A stretch of DNA of 64,000 nucleotides from an uncultured bacterium. Its GTDB lineage: Bacteria; Patescibacteriota; Minisyncoccia; UBA6257; GWB1-50-10. Within the stretch, counting starts at the first letter, position 1, and each line of letters starts with the position of its first letter. The notes below the pieces were generated by a model, which saw only the letters and a program-made list of their open reading frames with translations, searched no databases and was not told where the DNA came from. Position numbers and translations under genes: made by a program. Location: assembly GCA_963768835.1 (NCBI GenBank), contig CAVYJB010000002.1, forward strand, positions 208,223 to 272,222. The letters are read 5' to 3'. Of this stretch, positions 9,638-18,808 are shown one piece after another.

Positions 9638-10573
9638 ATGACAATCGCGAGAAAAAAACGGAGCGTTCGTGAGGCAATTCGAGATACATTCGTGAAGACG
9701 GTGCGGTTTTTGCAGCGGGGGCACGGGTGGGGGCGGTTCAAGATCGTCAACATCCTATGGAACTTCGGTTATTCCACCGTAAAGGGTCTAATGAAAAACC
9801 CGAATGGGACCGTACCCGTCGGTCGGTTCCAGATGCGTCTGGATCCGGAGGATTCACTCGGCCTCTCGGTCTTTGGCGTCTACGAGCCCTTCTCGACAGA
9901 AGTGGTAAAACAACGGGTGGAACACGGCCAGGTGGCCGTGGATGTGGGAGCGAACATTGGATACTATACGTTACTGCTAAGCGACCTCGTCGGGACCACT
10001 GGAAAGGTGTTTGCGTTTGAGCCGGACCTGGGCAACTTTTCTATTCTGAAAGGGAACCTCGACGCGAATCATTGCCTGAATGTCATCCCGGAACAGGAAG
10101 CTCTCTCTGACGAAACAGGGAACGGGAAGCTCTACCTAAACCGTGAAAACCGAGGCGATCACCGTATCTTCGCCTCGGAGAAAAAACAGAAATCTGTGGC
10201 CGTGCGGACCGTATGCCTCGACGACTACCTTGAGAGGTTTCAGCAAAGGATTGATTTTGTGAAGATCGACGTTCAGGGCGCCGAGTACCGAGTACTCCGA
10301 GGCATGGAGAAGACGCTTCGCCGGAGCCCGAACGTAAAGATCCTTATGGAATATTGGCCGTACGCGCTGCGGGCAGCTGGTGCGGAGCCCCGCACGACTC
10401 TCGAGTTCCTCTCTCGAATGGGATTCGATTTGTGGAATGCCGACGAGCATCGAAAAGCGCTCATGCCTCTCACTGATCTGAGTGCGTTCCTCGCAGCATT
10501 CCCTCCCGAGAACACTGATTCGGTGAATCTCTTTGCTGCGAAGCGCGAAGCGGGCTCTTTTGTCGCGGTTTGA
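9638..10573 (+). CDS. FkbM-family methyltransferase
   Basis: 'VAVDVGANIGYYTLLL...KVFAFEPD' and 'DFVKIDVQGAEYRVLRGM' are characteristic of the FkbM domain. Start moved to ATG 9638 to avoid overlap with the upstream gene; the track ORF starts at 9455. Confidence 0.65.
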   Translation: MTIARKKRSVREAIRDTFVKTVRFLQRGHGWGRFKIVNILWNFGYSTVKGLMKNPNGTVPVGRFQMRLDPEDSLGLSVFGVYEPFSTEVVKQRVEHGQVAVDVGANIGYYTLLLSDLVGTTGKVFAFEPDLGNFSILKGNLDANHCLNVIPEQEALSDETGNGKLYLNRENRGDHRIFASEKKQKSVAVRTVCLDDYLERFQQRIDFVKIDVQGAEYRVLRGMEKTLRRSPNVKILMEYWPYALRAAGAEPRTTLEFLSRMGFDLWNADEHRKALMPLTDLSAFLAAFPPENTDSVNLFAAKREAGSFVAV

Positions 10574-10604
10574 CGGAGATATCCTTTCTCGCTAGCATAA
10601 CCCT

Positions 10605-11651
10605 ATGAAGTACGCGCTCGTGACCGGCGTGACGGGGCAAGACGGCTCCTATATGGCGGAGCTCCTGCTTTCTAAGGGATACACTGTGTACGGGGTCGTA
10701 CGTCGGTCCTCTGTTTTTAACACCGAGCGCATCGATCATCTTATCCACGACCGGCACGAGAAAGGCGTGAAGTTTTTCCGCCTGCATGCCGACCTCTCCG
10801 ATGCGGGGAGCCTCTACAAAATCATTCGCGAGGTCCAGCCTGACGAGGTATACCATCTCGGGGCACAGTCGCATGTGCGGCTAAGCTTCGATATGCCGGA
10901 GTATACCGCCGATGTCACAGGCGTGGGGACTCTTCGGCTCCTCGAAGCGGTCCGAAACTTCGAGGCCACAAATCCCAGCAAGAAGATCAAGTTCTACCAG
11001 GCTTCGAGCTCCGAGATGTTCGGCTCCTCCCCCCCTCCTCAAAACGAGCGGACCCGTTTCGAACCCCAAAGCCCCTACGGCGTCGCCAAGGTTTTCGCGT
11101 ACCAGTCGACGGTGAACTATCGGCGGGGGTTCCAGATGTTCGCGGTGAACGGTATCCTCTTCAACCATGAATCGCCGCGGCGGGGCGGCACCTTTGTTAC
11201 ACGCAAGATTACTCGTGGGGTCGCCGCCATCGCGGCGGGGAAAATCGAGAAGCTTTTCCTCGGGAACCTCGAGGCCAAGCGCGACTGGGGGTATGCACCG
11301 GAGTTTGTGGAGGCGATGTGGCGGATGCTCCAAGAGCCCGAGCCCGACGACTATGTCGTCGCGACGGGGGAGAGCCACACGGTGCGGGAGTTCGCGGAAC
11401 GGGCATTTGGGCACGCCGGTATGGATCTTATCTGGGATGGCGAAGGTTTGAATGAAAAAGGCATAAACCGGAAGACCGGCCGGATTGTGGTGGAGATCGA
11501 CCCCTCCTACTTCCGTCCCACGGAGGTGGACGATCTTCGTGGGGACGCCTCGAAGGCGCGTGAGCGGCTCGGCTGGAAACCCACCGTCACCTTCGATGAG
11601 CTCGTGCGCATCATGGTGGAGAGTGACCGGGAGGGGACCGGCACTCGATAG
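10605..11651 (+). CDS. gmd: GDP-mannose 4,6-dehydratase
   Basis: N-terminus '[35 protein letters not shown]' plus '[17 protein letters not shown]' (YxxxK) and '[10 protein letters not shown]' are near-canonical Gmd sequence. Confidence 0.85.
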   Translation: MKYALVTGVTGQDGSYMAELLLSKGYTVYGVVRRSSVFNTERIDHLIHDRHEKGVKFFRLHADLSDAGSLYKIIREVQPDEVYHLGAQSHVRLSFDMPEYTADVTGVGTLRLLEAVRNFEATNPSKKIKFYQASSSEMFGSSPPPQNERTRFEPQSPYGVAKVFAYQSTVNYRRGFQMFAVNGILFNHESPRRGGTFVTRKITRGVAAIAAGKIEKLFLGNLEAKRDWGYAPEFVEAMWRMLQEPEPDDYVVATGESHTVREFAERAFGHAGMDLIWDGEGLNEKGINRKTGRIVVEIDPSYFRPTEVDDLRGDASKARERLGWKPTVTFDELVRIMVESDREGTGTR

Positions 11652-11690
11652 GCTGTTCGCATTCCCGCAATCAGTATCACGCATCGAACA

Positions 11691-12896
11691 ATGAAGAAGT
11701 ACCGACTTGCGATCGTCACGTCGCACCCTATTCAGTATCAGATCCCGTTCTTCCGGAAGCTCGCCGCGCACCCCGCGATCGACCTCACGGTCTATTTCTC
11801 GTGGGATTTCGGCATCCGGAAGCCGGAGTTCGATGCCGGTTTCGGACAGAAGATTCAGTGGGACGTCCCGCTCCTCGAAGGATACCACTACAAGTTCCTA
11901 AAGAACCTCTCGTGGAAGCCCTCGACTGCGAGCCTTTGGGGCCAGGTGAACCCCGGTATCCTTCCGGAGCTGCTTCGGAACCGCTACGACGCCGTCTGGG
12001 TCCAGGGCTATCGGTTCCTTACCGATTGGTTCGCATTTTTCGCCGCCAAACTTTCTGGAACCCCCATCTTCTTCCGAGGTGAATCTAATCTTTTAAACCA
12101 GAGTAAGGACTGGAAGAAGCTCCTCATAAAGAAAGCCACCGTCGGGAATCTTTTCAAAATTATCTCAGCGTTCCTTTCGATCGGTACACTGAACCGCGAG
12201 TACTATCTTTCCTACAAGGTCCCACCGGAGCGGATCTTCCTTCTTCCGTTCTCGGTGGACGGTGAGTTTTTCGAGCGAGAACGCGGGCGCTGGTCCACTC
12301 GTGTTGCGGAAACGAGGGCGGAGATTGGAGCCACGAAGGACACCGTGGTCATCCTCTATTCCGGCAAGATATACGGGGACAAAGGACCAGGCGCCCTCGA
12401 CCTTCTGAAGGCATTCGAAAAACTAGGTCCCAACCCCGGGGCAGCATTGCTTTTCGTGGGAGACGGGAAAGACAAACCGACGCTTGAGGCTTATGTGCAG
12501 GAGCATAAGCTATCGCACGTCGCCTTCGTCGGTTTTAAGAACCAGACGGAGCTCTCGAGGTACTACAGTATCACCAATATCATGGTGCTTCCGTCCCATA
12601 CCGAGACCTGGGGGCTCGTCGTGAACGAGCTCATGTACTTCGGAGCCGCCATCATCGCATCCGACCGCGTGGGATCGGCGTACGACCTGGTCCGCGACGG
12701 AGTAAACGGCTATCGATTCCCCGTTGGCGATATTAACGCGCTTCGGCACTGTCTGGAGCGGCTGATCAAGAATCCGACGCTTCGAGCTACCATGGGCACT
12801 GCGTCGCGGGAGATCATCGGTACCTGGGGACTCGACGAGATCGTCGAAGGTGCGCTCAAAGCGCTCGAACAGTTCGGGCGACACAGGCAGAGTTGA
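11691..12896 (+). CDS. Glycosyltransferase family 1 (GT4-type, Glycos_transf_1 domain)
   Basis: C-terminal 'VLPSHTETWGLVVNELMYFGAAIIASDRVGS' resembles the EX7E-type retaining GT-B motif. Confidence 0.6.
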   Translation: MKKYRLAIVTSHPIQYQIPFFRKLAAHPAIDLTVYFSWDFGIRKPEFDAGFGQKIQWDVPLLEGYHYKFLKNLSWKPSTASLWGQVNPGILPELLRNRYDAVWVQGYRFLTDWFAFFAAKLSGTPIFFRGESNLLNQSKDWKKLLIKKATVGNLFKIISAFLSIGTLNREYYLSYKVPPERIFLLPFSVDGEFFERERGRWSTRVAETRAEIGATKDTVVILYSGKIYGDKGPGALDLLKAFEKLGPNPGAALLFVGDGKDKPTLEAYVQEHKLSHVAFVGFKNQTELSRYYSITNIMVLPSHTETWGLVVNELMYFGAAIIASDRVGSAYDLVRDGVNGYRFPVGDINALRHCLERLIKNPTLRATMGTASREIIGTWGLDEIVEGALKALEQFGRHRQS

Positions 12897-12931
12897 CGCT
12901 CCGCGCCTTTGGACGCTAGAATTGTTAAACA

Positions 12932-13831
12932 ATGGCTACTTTGGAGGGTAGGGTGGTGCTTATCACCGGCGGCACCGGAAGCCTAGGCCGCGAACTTACA
13001 AAGAAGATACTCCCTCTTGCGAAAGAGGTACGGATCTTCTCGCGCGACGAGGATCGACAGGTAGCGATGCGCAGGAAATTCCTAACGTGCCGCTACATTT
13101 TGGGCGACATTAAGGATTATTTTTCTATTCGGGATGCAGTACGTAACGTCGATGTCGTCATTCATACTGCCGCCTTTAAACATATCGATCTTGGTGAGGA
13201 GCAGCCGACCGAGTGTGTGGAAATCAACGTGGTAGGCTCCCTGAATGTTATCCGCGCCTCCAAGGAAGAAGGCGTTGGAATGGTTGTGGGCATCTCGACG
13301 GATAAGGTGACCCATCCTCAGAGTGTCTACGGATGCTCGAAGCACATCATGGAAAAGCTCTTTGCGGAAGCGGGGCGATCCGGTGCGAAGACAAAATTCA
13401 TCGTTTGCCGCTTCGGGAATCTTATTGGGAGCGCCGGCTCTGTCATCCCGCACTGGATCAAGCTTGCGGAGCAGGGGAAAGACTTGATGGTTACGAACCG
13501 CAGCATGACACGCATCTTTATCTCTCTTCCGGACGCCGCAAACCTCATTCTTGAAGCCATTCAACAGGAGAAGCCTTTCGTATTCAAGCAGACAAAAGCC
13601 GCGAAGATGTGGCGCGTCGCGGAGATCATCGCCGATGGTCGGGTGAAGGTTGTGGAGGGTAAACCACGTCCTGGTGAAAAAATCCACGAAGACCTCATCG
13701 CAGATTACGAAAGCTACAACGGCGGGAAACCTTTCGGTTCACAGAATGCGGAGCTTATGACGGACACCGAGATCCGCGGGATGGTAGAAATGGCGAAAAT
13801 CTCGAACGGCCAGAAGGTGGAGGTCTCATAA
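12932..13831 (+). CDS. Polysacc_synt_2 (CapD/PseB-like) nucleotide-sugar 4,6-dehydratase/epimerase, short form
   Basis: 'VLITGGTGSLGRELTKKIL...RIFSRDEDRQ' matches PseB/CapD 'TGGTGSFGK...SRDE.KQ'. Confidence 0.6.
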   Translation: MATLEGRVVLITGGTGSLGRELTKKILPLAKEVRIFSRDEDRQVAMRRKFLTCRYILGDIKDYFSIRDAVRNVDVVIHTAAFKHIDLGEEQPTECVEINVVGSLNVIRASKEEGVGMVVGISTDKVTHPQSVYGCSKHIMEKLFAEAGRSGAKTKFIVCRFGNLIGSAGSVIPHWIKLAEQGKDLMVTNRSMTRIFISLPDAANLILEAIQQEKPFVFKQTKAAKMWRVAEIIADGRVKVVEGKPRPGEKIHEDLIADYESYNGGKPFGSQNAELMTDTEIRGMVEMAKISNGQKVEVS

Positions 13832-13839
13832 CTATTCCC

Positions 13840-14916
13840 TTGCCGACACCCGCCCTGAACCTCCTCTTCGTCGGCGACCTGAACGAAGAAGGCCGGAGCT
13901 TCCAGCGTTACCGCACGTTTCAGGATCTTGGACTCTGCGTCCGGGGTATTTCGTTTGTCCCAGTGCGTACAGACGGGAAGGATCCTTATCACATCTCGTA
14001 CCTTGCTCGTCTCTGCTCGAAAATTGGGTTCCCGCCGGACCTCACAGGCGCGAACCAAGCCATCCGTGACGCGCTGCAAAGGGGCTCCTTCGACGTCGTG
14101 TGGATTGAGAAAGGGAATGCGGTGCGCCCTTCGACGCTACGCTTCGTCCGCACGCAGCATCCTTGCCCGGTACTCGTCTCTTGTTCGGAGGACGACATGT
14201 ATGCGCGGCATAACCACTCCCTTTATTACCGATGGGGGCTCAAGTATTACGACGTCATTTTTACAACAAAAACATACAACCTTACTGAGCTCCCACGGTG
14301 GGGCGCGCAGCGAGTGGAACTATTCCTCGACGCGTATGATGAGAAGATACATCGCCCGTTGGAGCTTACCCCAGAGGATCGAGCAATGTACGGAGCGGAG
14401 GTCGGTTTCGTAGGGACCTTTGAACGCGATCGGGCTGAGACAATGCTCTATCTTGCGGAGCACAACATTCCCGTCGTGGTATGGGGAGATGGTTGGGGGG
14501 CATGGGCAGGGCGGCATCCGAACCTCACTATCCGCGCCCGCGCTGTCTACGGTGACGAATACGTGAAGGCGATTATAGCCACAAAAGTGAATCTCTGCTT
14601 CCTTCGGAAGGTGAACCGCGATGAAACCACGAGCCGAACAGTGGAGATTCCCGCATGTGGCGGTTTCATGGCCGCGGAACGGACAACCCGCCACCTCGAG
14701 TTCTTCGAAGAGGGGAAAGAGGCTGTATTTTTCGGTTCGCGAGAAGAACTTCTGGACCTCGTGCGGCGGTATCTTCCAGACGGGACGGGACGGGCACGTA
14801 TCGCCGTAGCGGGGCTTACTCGCTGTCTTCGGAGCGGCTATAGCCACCGAGCCCAGCTCACCAAAATGCTTTCGTTGACCCGCGGAGTCCCGGTTGCTAG
14901 GATGGAAAAGCAGTGA
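13840..14916 (+). CDS. CgeB-like protein (DUF3880 + Glyco_trans_1_2-like C-terminus), putative glycosyltransferase
   Basis: C-terminal 'RTVEIPACGGFMAAERT...FFEEGKEAVFF' resembles the CgeB / Glyco_trans_1_2 family. Recognition is weak. Confidence 0.4.
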   Translation: MPTPALNLLFVGDLNEEGRSFQRYRTFQDLGLCVRGISFVPVRTDGKDPYHISYLARLCSKIGFPPDLTGANQAIRDALQRGSFDVVWIEKGNAVRPSTLRFVRTQHPCPVLVSCSEDDMYARHNHSLYYRWGLKYYDVIFTTKTYNLTELPRWGAQRVELFLDAYDEKIHRPLELTPEDRAMYGAEVGFVGTFERDRAETMLYLAEHNIPVVVWGDGWGAWAGRHPNLTIRARAVYGDEYVKAIIATKVNLCFLRKVNRDETTSRTVEIPACGGFMAAERTTRHLEFFEEGKEAVFFGSREELLDLVRRYLPDGTGRARIAVAGLTRCLRSGYSHRAQLTKMLSLTRGVPVARMEKQ

Positions 14917-15032
14917 GCCTTATGCTGTGTTTAACACGCCATCCTGCGAAAAGCTCTCTCTCGGTATTTCCGGAGAAAAACCCTCGGAGAAAGTAAGTAG
15001 CTGTTTAGCAATAAATAGAGAAAAACAATAGC

Positions 15033-15929
15033 ATGTTGCCGAAACTAAGATTACTTTTTCATATTATAAGATCCACAAAAAACTGGATTTATGTAGCGAT
15101 TTCTCGTCTGAGAAATAAAAATTTCACTGCCCATTTCCGGAATGGCAAAACGATGAACGTGAACGCTGGAACGTGGTCGGATTACGCTAGCTACGTCTAC
15201 CTTTTTTCTTTAATAAATGGCGCAAAGATTGAGGGCGACATCCTCGAGTTTGTCTATGGGAAGCCATTGAAATTCACGTTCGGCAAGTGGGGATTTGGAA
15301 CGATCGCGGAGGTGTTTGGGAAGGATGAGTATAAAAAGGTATTCAATGTCAGAGGCAAGGTTGTTGTCGATGTCGGCGCAGCATTTGGAGACACAGCGAT
15401 ATATTTTTTAATGAACGGGGCAAAATACGTCCACGCATTTGAACCCATGCCTGGGTATTTCCGACTCGCTGAATCTAACATCCGACTGAATAAGCTTACG
15501 GAAAAATGTAATGTATCGCTTACTGCAGTGGGGGGGTTGCCAGGGAGTTTGCGTATCAACCCTGATTCTGACAATATGTTCGGCAAAGATCAGCAAGTGC
15601 CATCAAAAGGGAAGGTGAAAGAGGAAGTGGTGCCCGTGGTTACTCTCCAGCACATTGTCGAACAGCGCGGCATTCAGGACGGTTGTCTGAAGATAGACAC
15701 CGAGGGATTTGAGTATGAAATCATTCAGAACACGCCGCCAGAGATTCTACGAAAATTCTCCGACATATTTATTGAGTACCATTATGGATATGAAGGCATA
15801 GAGCCATATTTACGGAACGCTGGATTTAAGGTTTTTCACACAAAACCGATATATCACTATATGCCGGTATACAAGGAAGAAGCCGCCAAAACCATGTTCG
15901 TTGGATATGTGATAGCAAAAAGGCAATGA
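15033..15929 (+). CDS. FkbM-family methyltransferase, in a low-GC islet
   Basis: 'VVVDVGAAFGDTAIYF...YVHAFEP' and 'CLKIDTEGFEYEI'. The gene and its flanks are conspicuously AT-rich compared with neighbouring genes. Confidence 0.6.
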   Translation: MLPKLRLLFHIIRSTKNWIYVAISRLRNKNFTAHFRNGKTMNVNAGTWSDYASYVYLFSLINGAKIEGDILEFVYGKPLKFTFGKWGFGTIAEVFGKDEYKKVFNVRGKVVVDVGAAFGDTAIYFLMNGAKYVHAFEPMPGYFRLAESNIRLNKLTEKCNVSLTAVGGLPGSLRINPDSDNMFGKDQQVPSKGKVKEEVVPVVTLQHIVEQRGIQDGCLKIDTEGFEYEIIQNTPPEILRKFSDIFIEYHYGYEGIEPYLRNAGFKVFHTKPIYHYMPVYKEEAAKTMFVGYVIAKRQ

Positions 15930-16056
15930 GGGAGCGGAAGCGGTACTAAGGAAGGGAGGCATTCTAGAAGTAGCTATAGTAAAAAATTCTTGATTAGAAG
16001 ATATTTTCTTCGCAAAAACCTTCTTTCGTCTGATGGAATTACTATAGATTAAATTA

Positions 16057-17028
16057 ATGTCTGAAACCACTAAAACAAGAGATGATAGCATGCTGTTGAG
16101 TATCTGCATTCCCACTTATGATCGCCCTAAGCAGGTGGAACGACTCCTGAGGGAGCTCCCGCCCCAGCTCGTTCCCGGCGTGGAAGTCATAATCCGTGAC
16201 GATAGTTCCAACAACGAAACAGAGCGACTCATAGAGTCCCATCGGGCCGATCCCCGCATCCGATATTTTAGAGGTGAGCGCATGGGCGTTGATCGCGCTA
16301 TATTGTTTTTAGTAAAAGAGGCAAAGGGTGAATACGTTTGGCTTTTCGGTGATGATGAGATGGTCGATGGTGCAGCGGGCTACATCATATCCGTTCTCAA
16401 GCGATTCCCTAAGATTTCCTTTATGTACCTTAATGCCCGCAGTTCTAATTCAGAACAAGCAGCTTTTGATTTTGGAGAAGACAGATTTTTCCTCGACCGC
16501 AACGAGGTTATTGAGAAAATTGGTCATCTCTTAACCTTTATCTCAGCCCTCGTTTTTAAGAGAAGCGAAGCTCTGACTGGCGTTCGTCAGTCCGAAAAAT
16601 ATGCGGATAGCGCACTACTCGATTTTTATTTAGTGCTCCATATCCTGTCAGGTACTGGCCGATTTTACTTTATTAACAAACCCCTGATTATTACGGATCC
16701 CAAAATGCCCGACGAGCCTCTGTGGTATGACAGTTACCGGGTATTTATCGTCAACGTGTCGAACATACTTCACGAGTTTGATGGTAAGTTTCGTAAGGAA
16801 TCCATTAGACGATTATTGAAGGAGCACTTCGGGAGGATTTTGAAAGCGATTCTAGTGTATCGAGTCAAAAGCTACACCCATGATTGGGGGTCAGAATCCA
16901 TAAAAACAGGCAATCTCCTCAGATTCATGTGGAGCTTTCCAGAATTTTGGATGAGCCTACCGTTCCTCATGATGCCGCGGGCTGTCTTAAGACCGGTTTA
17001 TCGGGCGTACAAATCTTTCAAGCGGTAG
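16057..17028 (+). CDS. Glycosyltransferase family 2
   Basis: 'LSICIPTYDRPKQVERLL...VIIRDDSSNNETERL' and a DD motif 'LFGDDEM'. Paralogue of 20216..21208; they share the C-terminal 'WSFPEFW..LPFLMMPRAVL' motif. Confidence 0.6.
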   Translation: MSETTKTRDDSMLLSICIPTYDRPKQVERLLRELPPQLVPGVEVIIRDDSSNNETERLIESHRADPRIRYFRGERMGVDRAILFLVKEAKGEYVWLFGDDEMVDGAAGYIISVLKRFPKISFMYLNARSSNSEQAAFDFGEDRFFLDRNEVIEKIGHLLTFISALVFKRSEALTGVRQSEKYADSALLDFYLVLHILSGTGRFYFINKPLIITDPKMPDEPLWYDSYRVFIVNVSNILHEFDGKFRKESIRRLLKEHFGRILKAILVYRVKSYTHDWGSESIKTGNLLRFMWSFPEFWMSLPFLMMPRAVLRPVYRAYKSFKR

Positions 17029-17039
17029 TTCCAAGACGA

Positions 17040-17897
17040 TCAGTGTTCGCGTTCCACCAAGAAATTTCCTGAACTGAGAGCGAGTACCTCGTCGGGCGTC
17101 ATGGGTTCAAGTTTCTTTTTCTCTTCATTGACGTATCGGAAAGAAAAGCCCATTCGCGCGAGCGAGAGCACGCACTCGCGGGGGTCATCTCCCGCCGCGC
17201 GGACATCGGGCATTGAAAATTCAATGAGCATCGTCAAATTACTGCTGCGAGCGAGCACCTCGGGCATGCCGCGCAGTACCTTTGCCTCAGCTCCCTGCAC
17301 ATCGATTTTGACGAAGTCAACTTTCGAACCCTTCGGGATACATTCGTCAATCTTTACCGTCTTAACCTGGACCGACCTCCGTTCGCCACTTCCTTCTTTG
17401 TAGATTCGGTGATCTCCGGTATTTTCTTCTGAAAGATAAAGTTGCGTTGTTGCGGTAGTGTCCGCGGCTGCAGCGGGGATTACAACGATACGGTCCGACA
17501 TGTCATTTTTGCGAACGTTTTGGTTGAGGACGGAAAGGTTCTCAGGGTCTGGCTCCAAGGCGAATACCTTACCCCGTGGTCCCACGGCGCGCGCTGCCAG
17601 GATGGTGTAGTAGCCGATGTTTGCCCCCACGTCAACGACGATGGCGCCTTGGTGGAGCCGCTCTAGGAAAACACTCGATTCGAACGGTTCCCATGTACCT
17701 TTCAGGATCAAAGCGTCAGCGATGACGTGGTCCTGCGGGTTGAGCTGTATCTGCATTCCCGAAACCGATGCGCTTCGAGGCTTCAGCAAGCGATACAGAA
17801 AGTCGTGGAGCGCGCGGGCAACCGGAGAGCGCGTGATCCAGCTTCCGCGTGTCAACCCGGTCAATGACCGGTAGAGTCGGAACATCGCGCTTTTCAT
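17040..17897 (-). CDS. FkbM-family methyltransferase
   Basis: 'VVDVGANIGYYTILAARAVGPRGKVFALEPD' and 'DFVKIDVQGAEAKVLRGM'. Close paralogue of 9638..10573. Its start overlaps the stop of the upstream minus-strand gene. Confidence 0.65.
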   Translation of the reverse strand: MKSAMFRLYRSLTGLTRGSWITRSPVARALHDFLYRLLKPRSASVSGMQIQLNPQDHVIADALILKGTWEPFESSVFLERLHQGAIVVDVGANIGYYTILAARAVGPRGKVFALEPDPENLSVLNQNVRKNDMSDRIVVIPAAAADTTATTQLYLSEENTGDHRIYKEGSGERRSVQVKTVKIDECIPKGSKVDFVKIDVQGAEAKVLRGMPEVLARSSNLTMLIEFSMPDVRAAGDDPRECVLSLARMGFSFRYVNEEKKKLEPMTPDEVLALSSGNFLVEREH

Positions 17898-18670
17898 AGT
17901 CCTTGGAGCAGCTTTCCTATCACGCCTATAATGACGGCATTCGCGCTAGGGAATGGGTGCCCATAAATGCAATTTTCCACCTCGGAGAACGGAACCTCCT
18001 TCCATTGATTATCAGCCGTCATCCTTTTTAAAAAATAAACGCGGTCGAACAGCTTCCGCCCTTCACGAAACCACCGATCTACATGAGGATTGAACCCCCA
18101 TGGCATCGTAATAATCGCAGTCCCGTTCGGCGCGAGGCATCGTTCGCGAATCGTTACAAGTGTCCGCAAAATCTTTTCGGGATCCCGTGGGGTTTCGTCC
18201 CATCCCACATGCTCGAGCGTTGAAATGCTTACAACAAGATCGTATGGCTTTTCAGGGTGGAACGTAGCTATGTCCTCATGGATAATCCCAAAGCCGGGCT
18301 CGTATTTATCTAGTACCGTGTGGCGATATGCGTTCGAATAATTAAGTAACACGTTCCCGATTTCAAGTATGCGCTCAGCGTGGGAATCGCGGACCAGAGC
18401 TCCGATAATCGAAACCTCTACCGTCCGTTCGTTTTTCCACGAATGGTTGTACGTATGGCGCGTGTAAGAATACGGCTTTCCCTGGAAAGAGAATTTCTTA
18501 GGGGAGGAGAGACGGAAGAATGTATTAAGGAAAAAATCGCGCAATCCGCGGGCAGGCACCGCAATTACTTTTAAAAAAATGCCTCCTACTCCACTTTCCT
18601 GATATCGCAGGCGAACCCTTTCTATTGTTGAGCGAAGCGAGTTTCCCATAATTTCTCTTAAAACTAACAC
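17894..18670 (-). CDS. Hypothetical protein, possibly a degenerate class I methyltransferase fold
   Basis: 'ILEIGNVLLNY' could be a degenerate motif I, and 'DLVVSISTLEHV' resembles the post-motif II region. Weak call. It is co-oriented and overlapping with the downstream FkbM gene. Confidence 0.4.
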   Translation of the reverse strand: MLVLREIMGNSLRSTIERVRLRYQESGVGGIFLKVIAVPARGLRDFFLNTFFRLSSPKKFSFQGKPYSYTRHTYNHSWKNERTVEVSIIGALVRDSHAERILEIGNVLLNYSNAYRHTVLDKYEPGFGIIHEDIATFHPEKPYDLVVSISTLEHVGWDETPRDPEKILRTLVTIRERCLAPNGTAIITMPWGFNPHVDRWFREGRKLFDRVYFLKRMTADNQWKEVPFSEVENCIYGHPFPSANAVIIGVIGKLLQGL

Positions 18671-18808
18671 GGCTGATTTATCTCATCAAGCTCTTGGGTG
18701 GGGTTAGGGTATGATGGGCGATTGGCTCAACTTGAGGAGGTTCGCGTTCGTCCCTCTCCTCTCATCTCATAGACAAAATTCAGCTCATTTGCTATCTTAG
18801 AAAGTATT

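Noticed and set aside
10881-11888. 335-aa minus-strand ORF antisense to gmd
   Set aside because: gmd on the + strand is near-canonical. The minus-strand translation has no motif.
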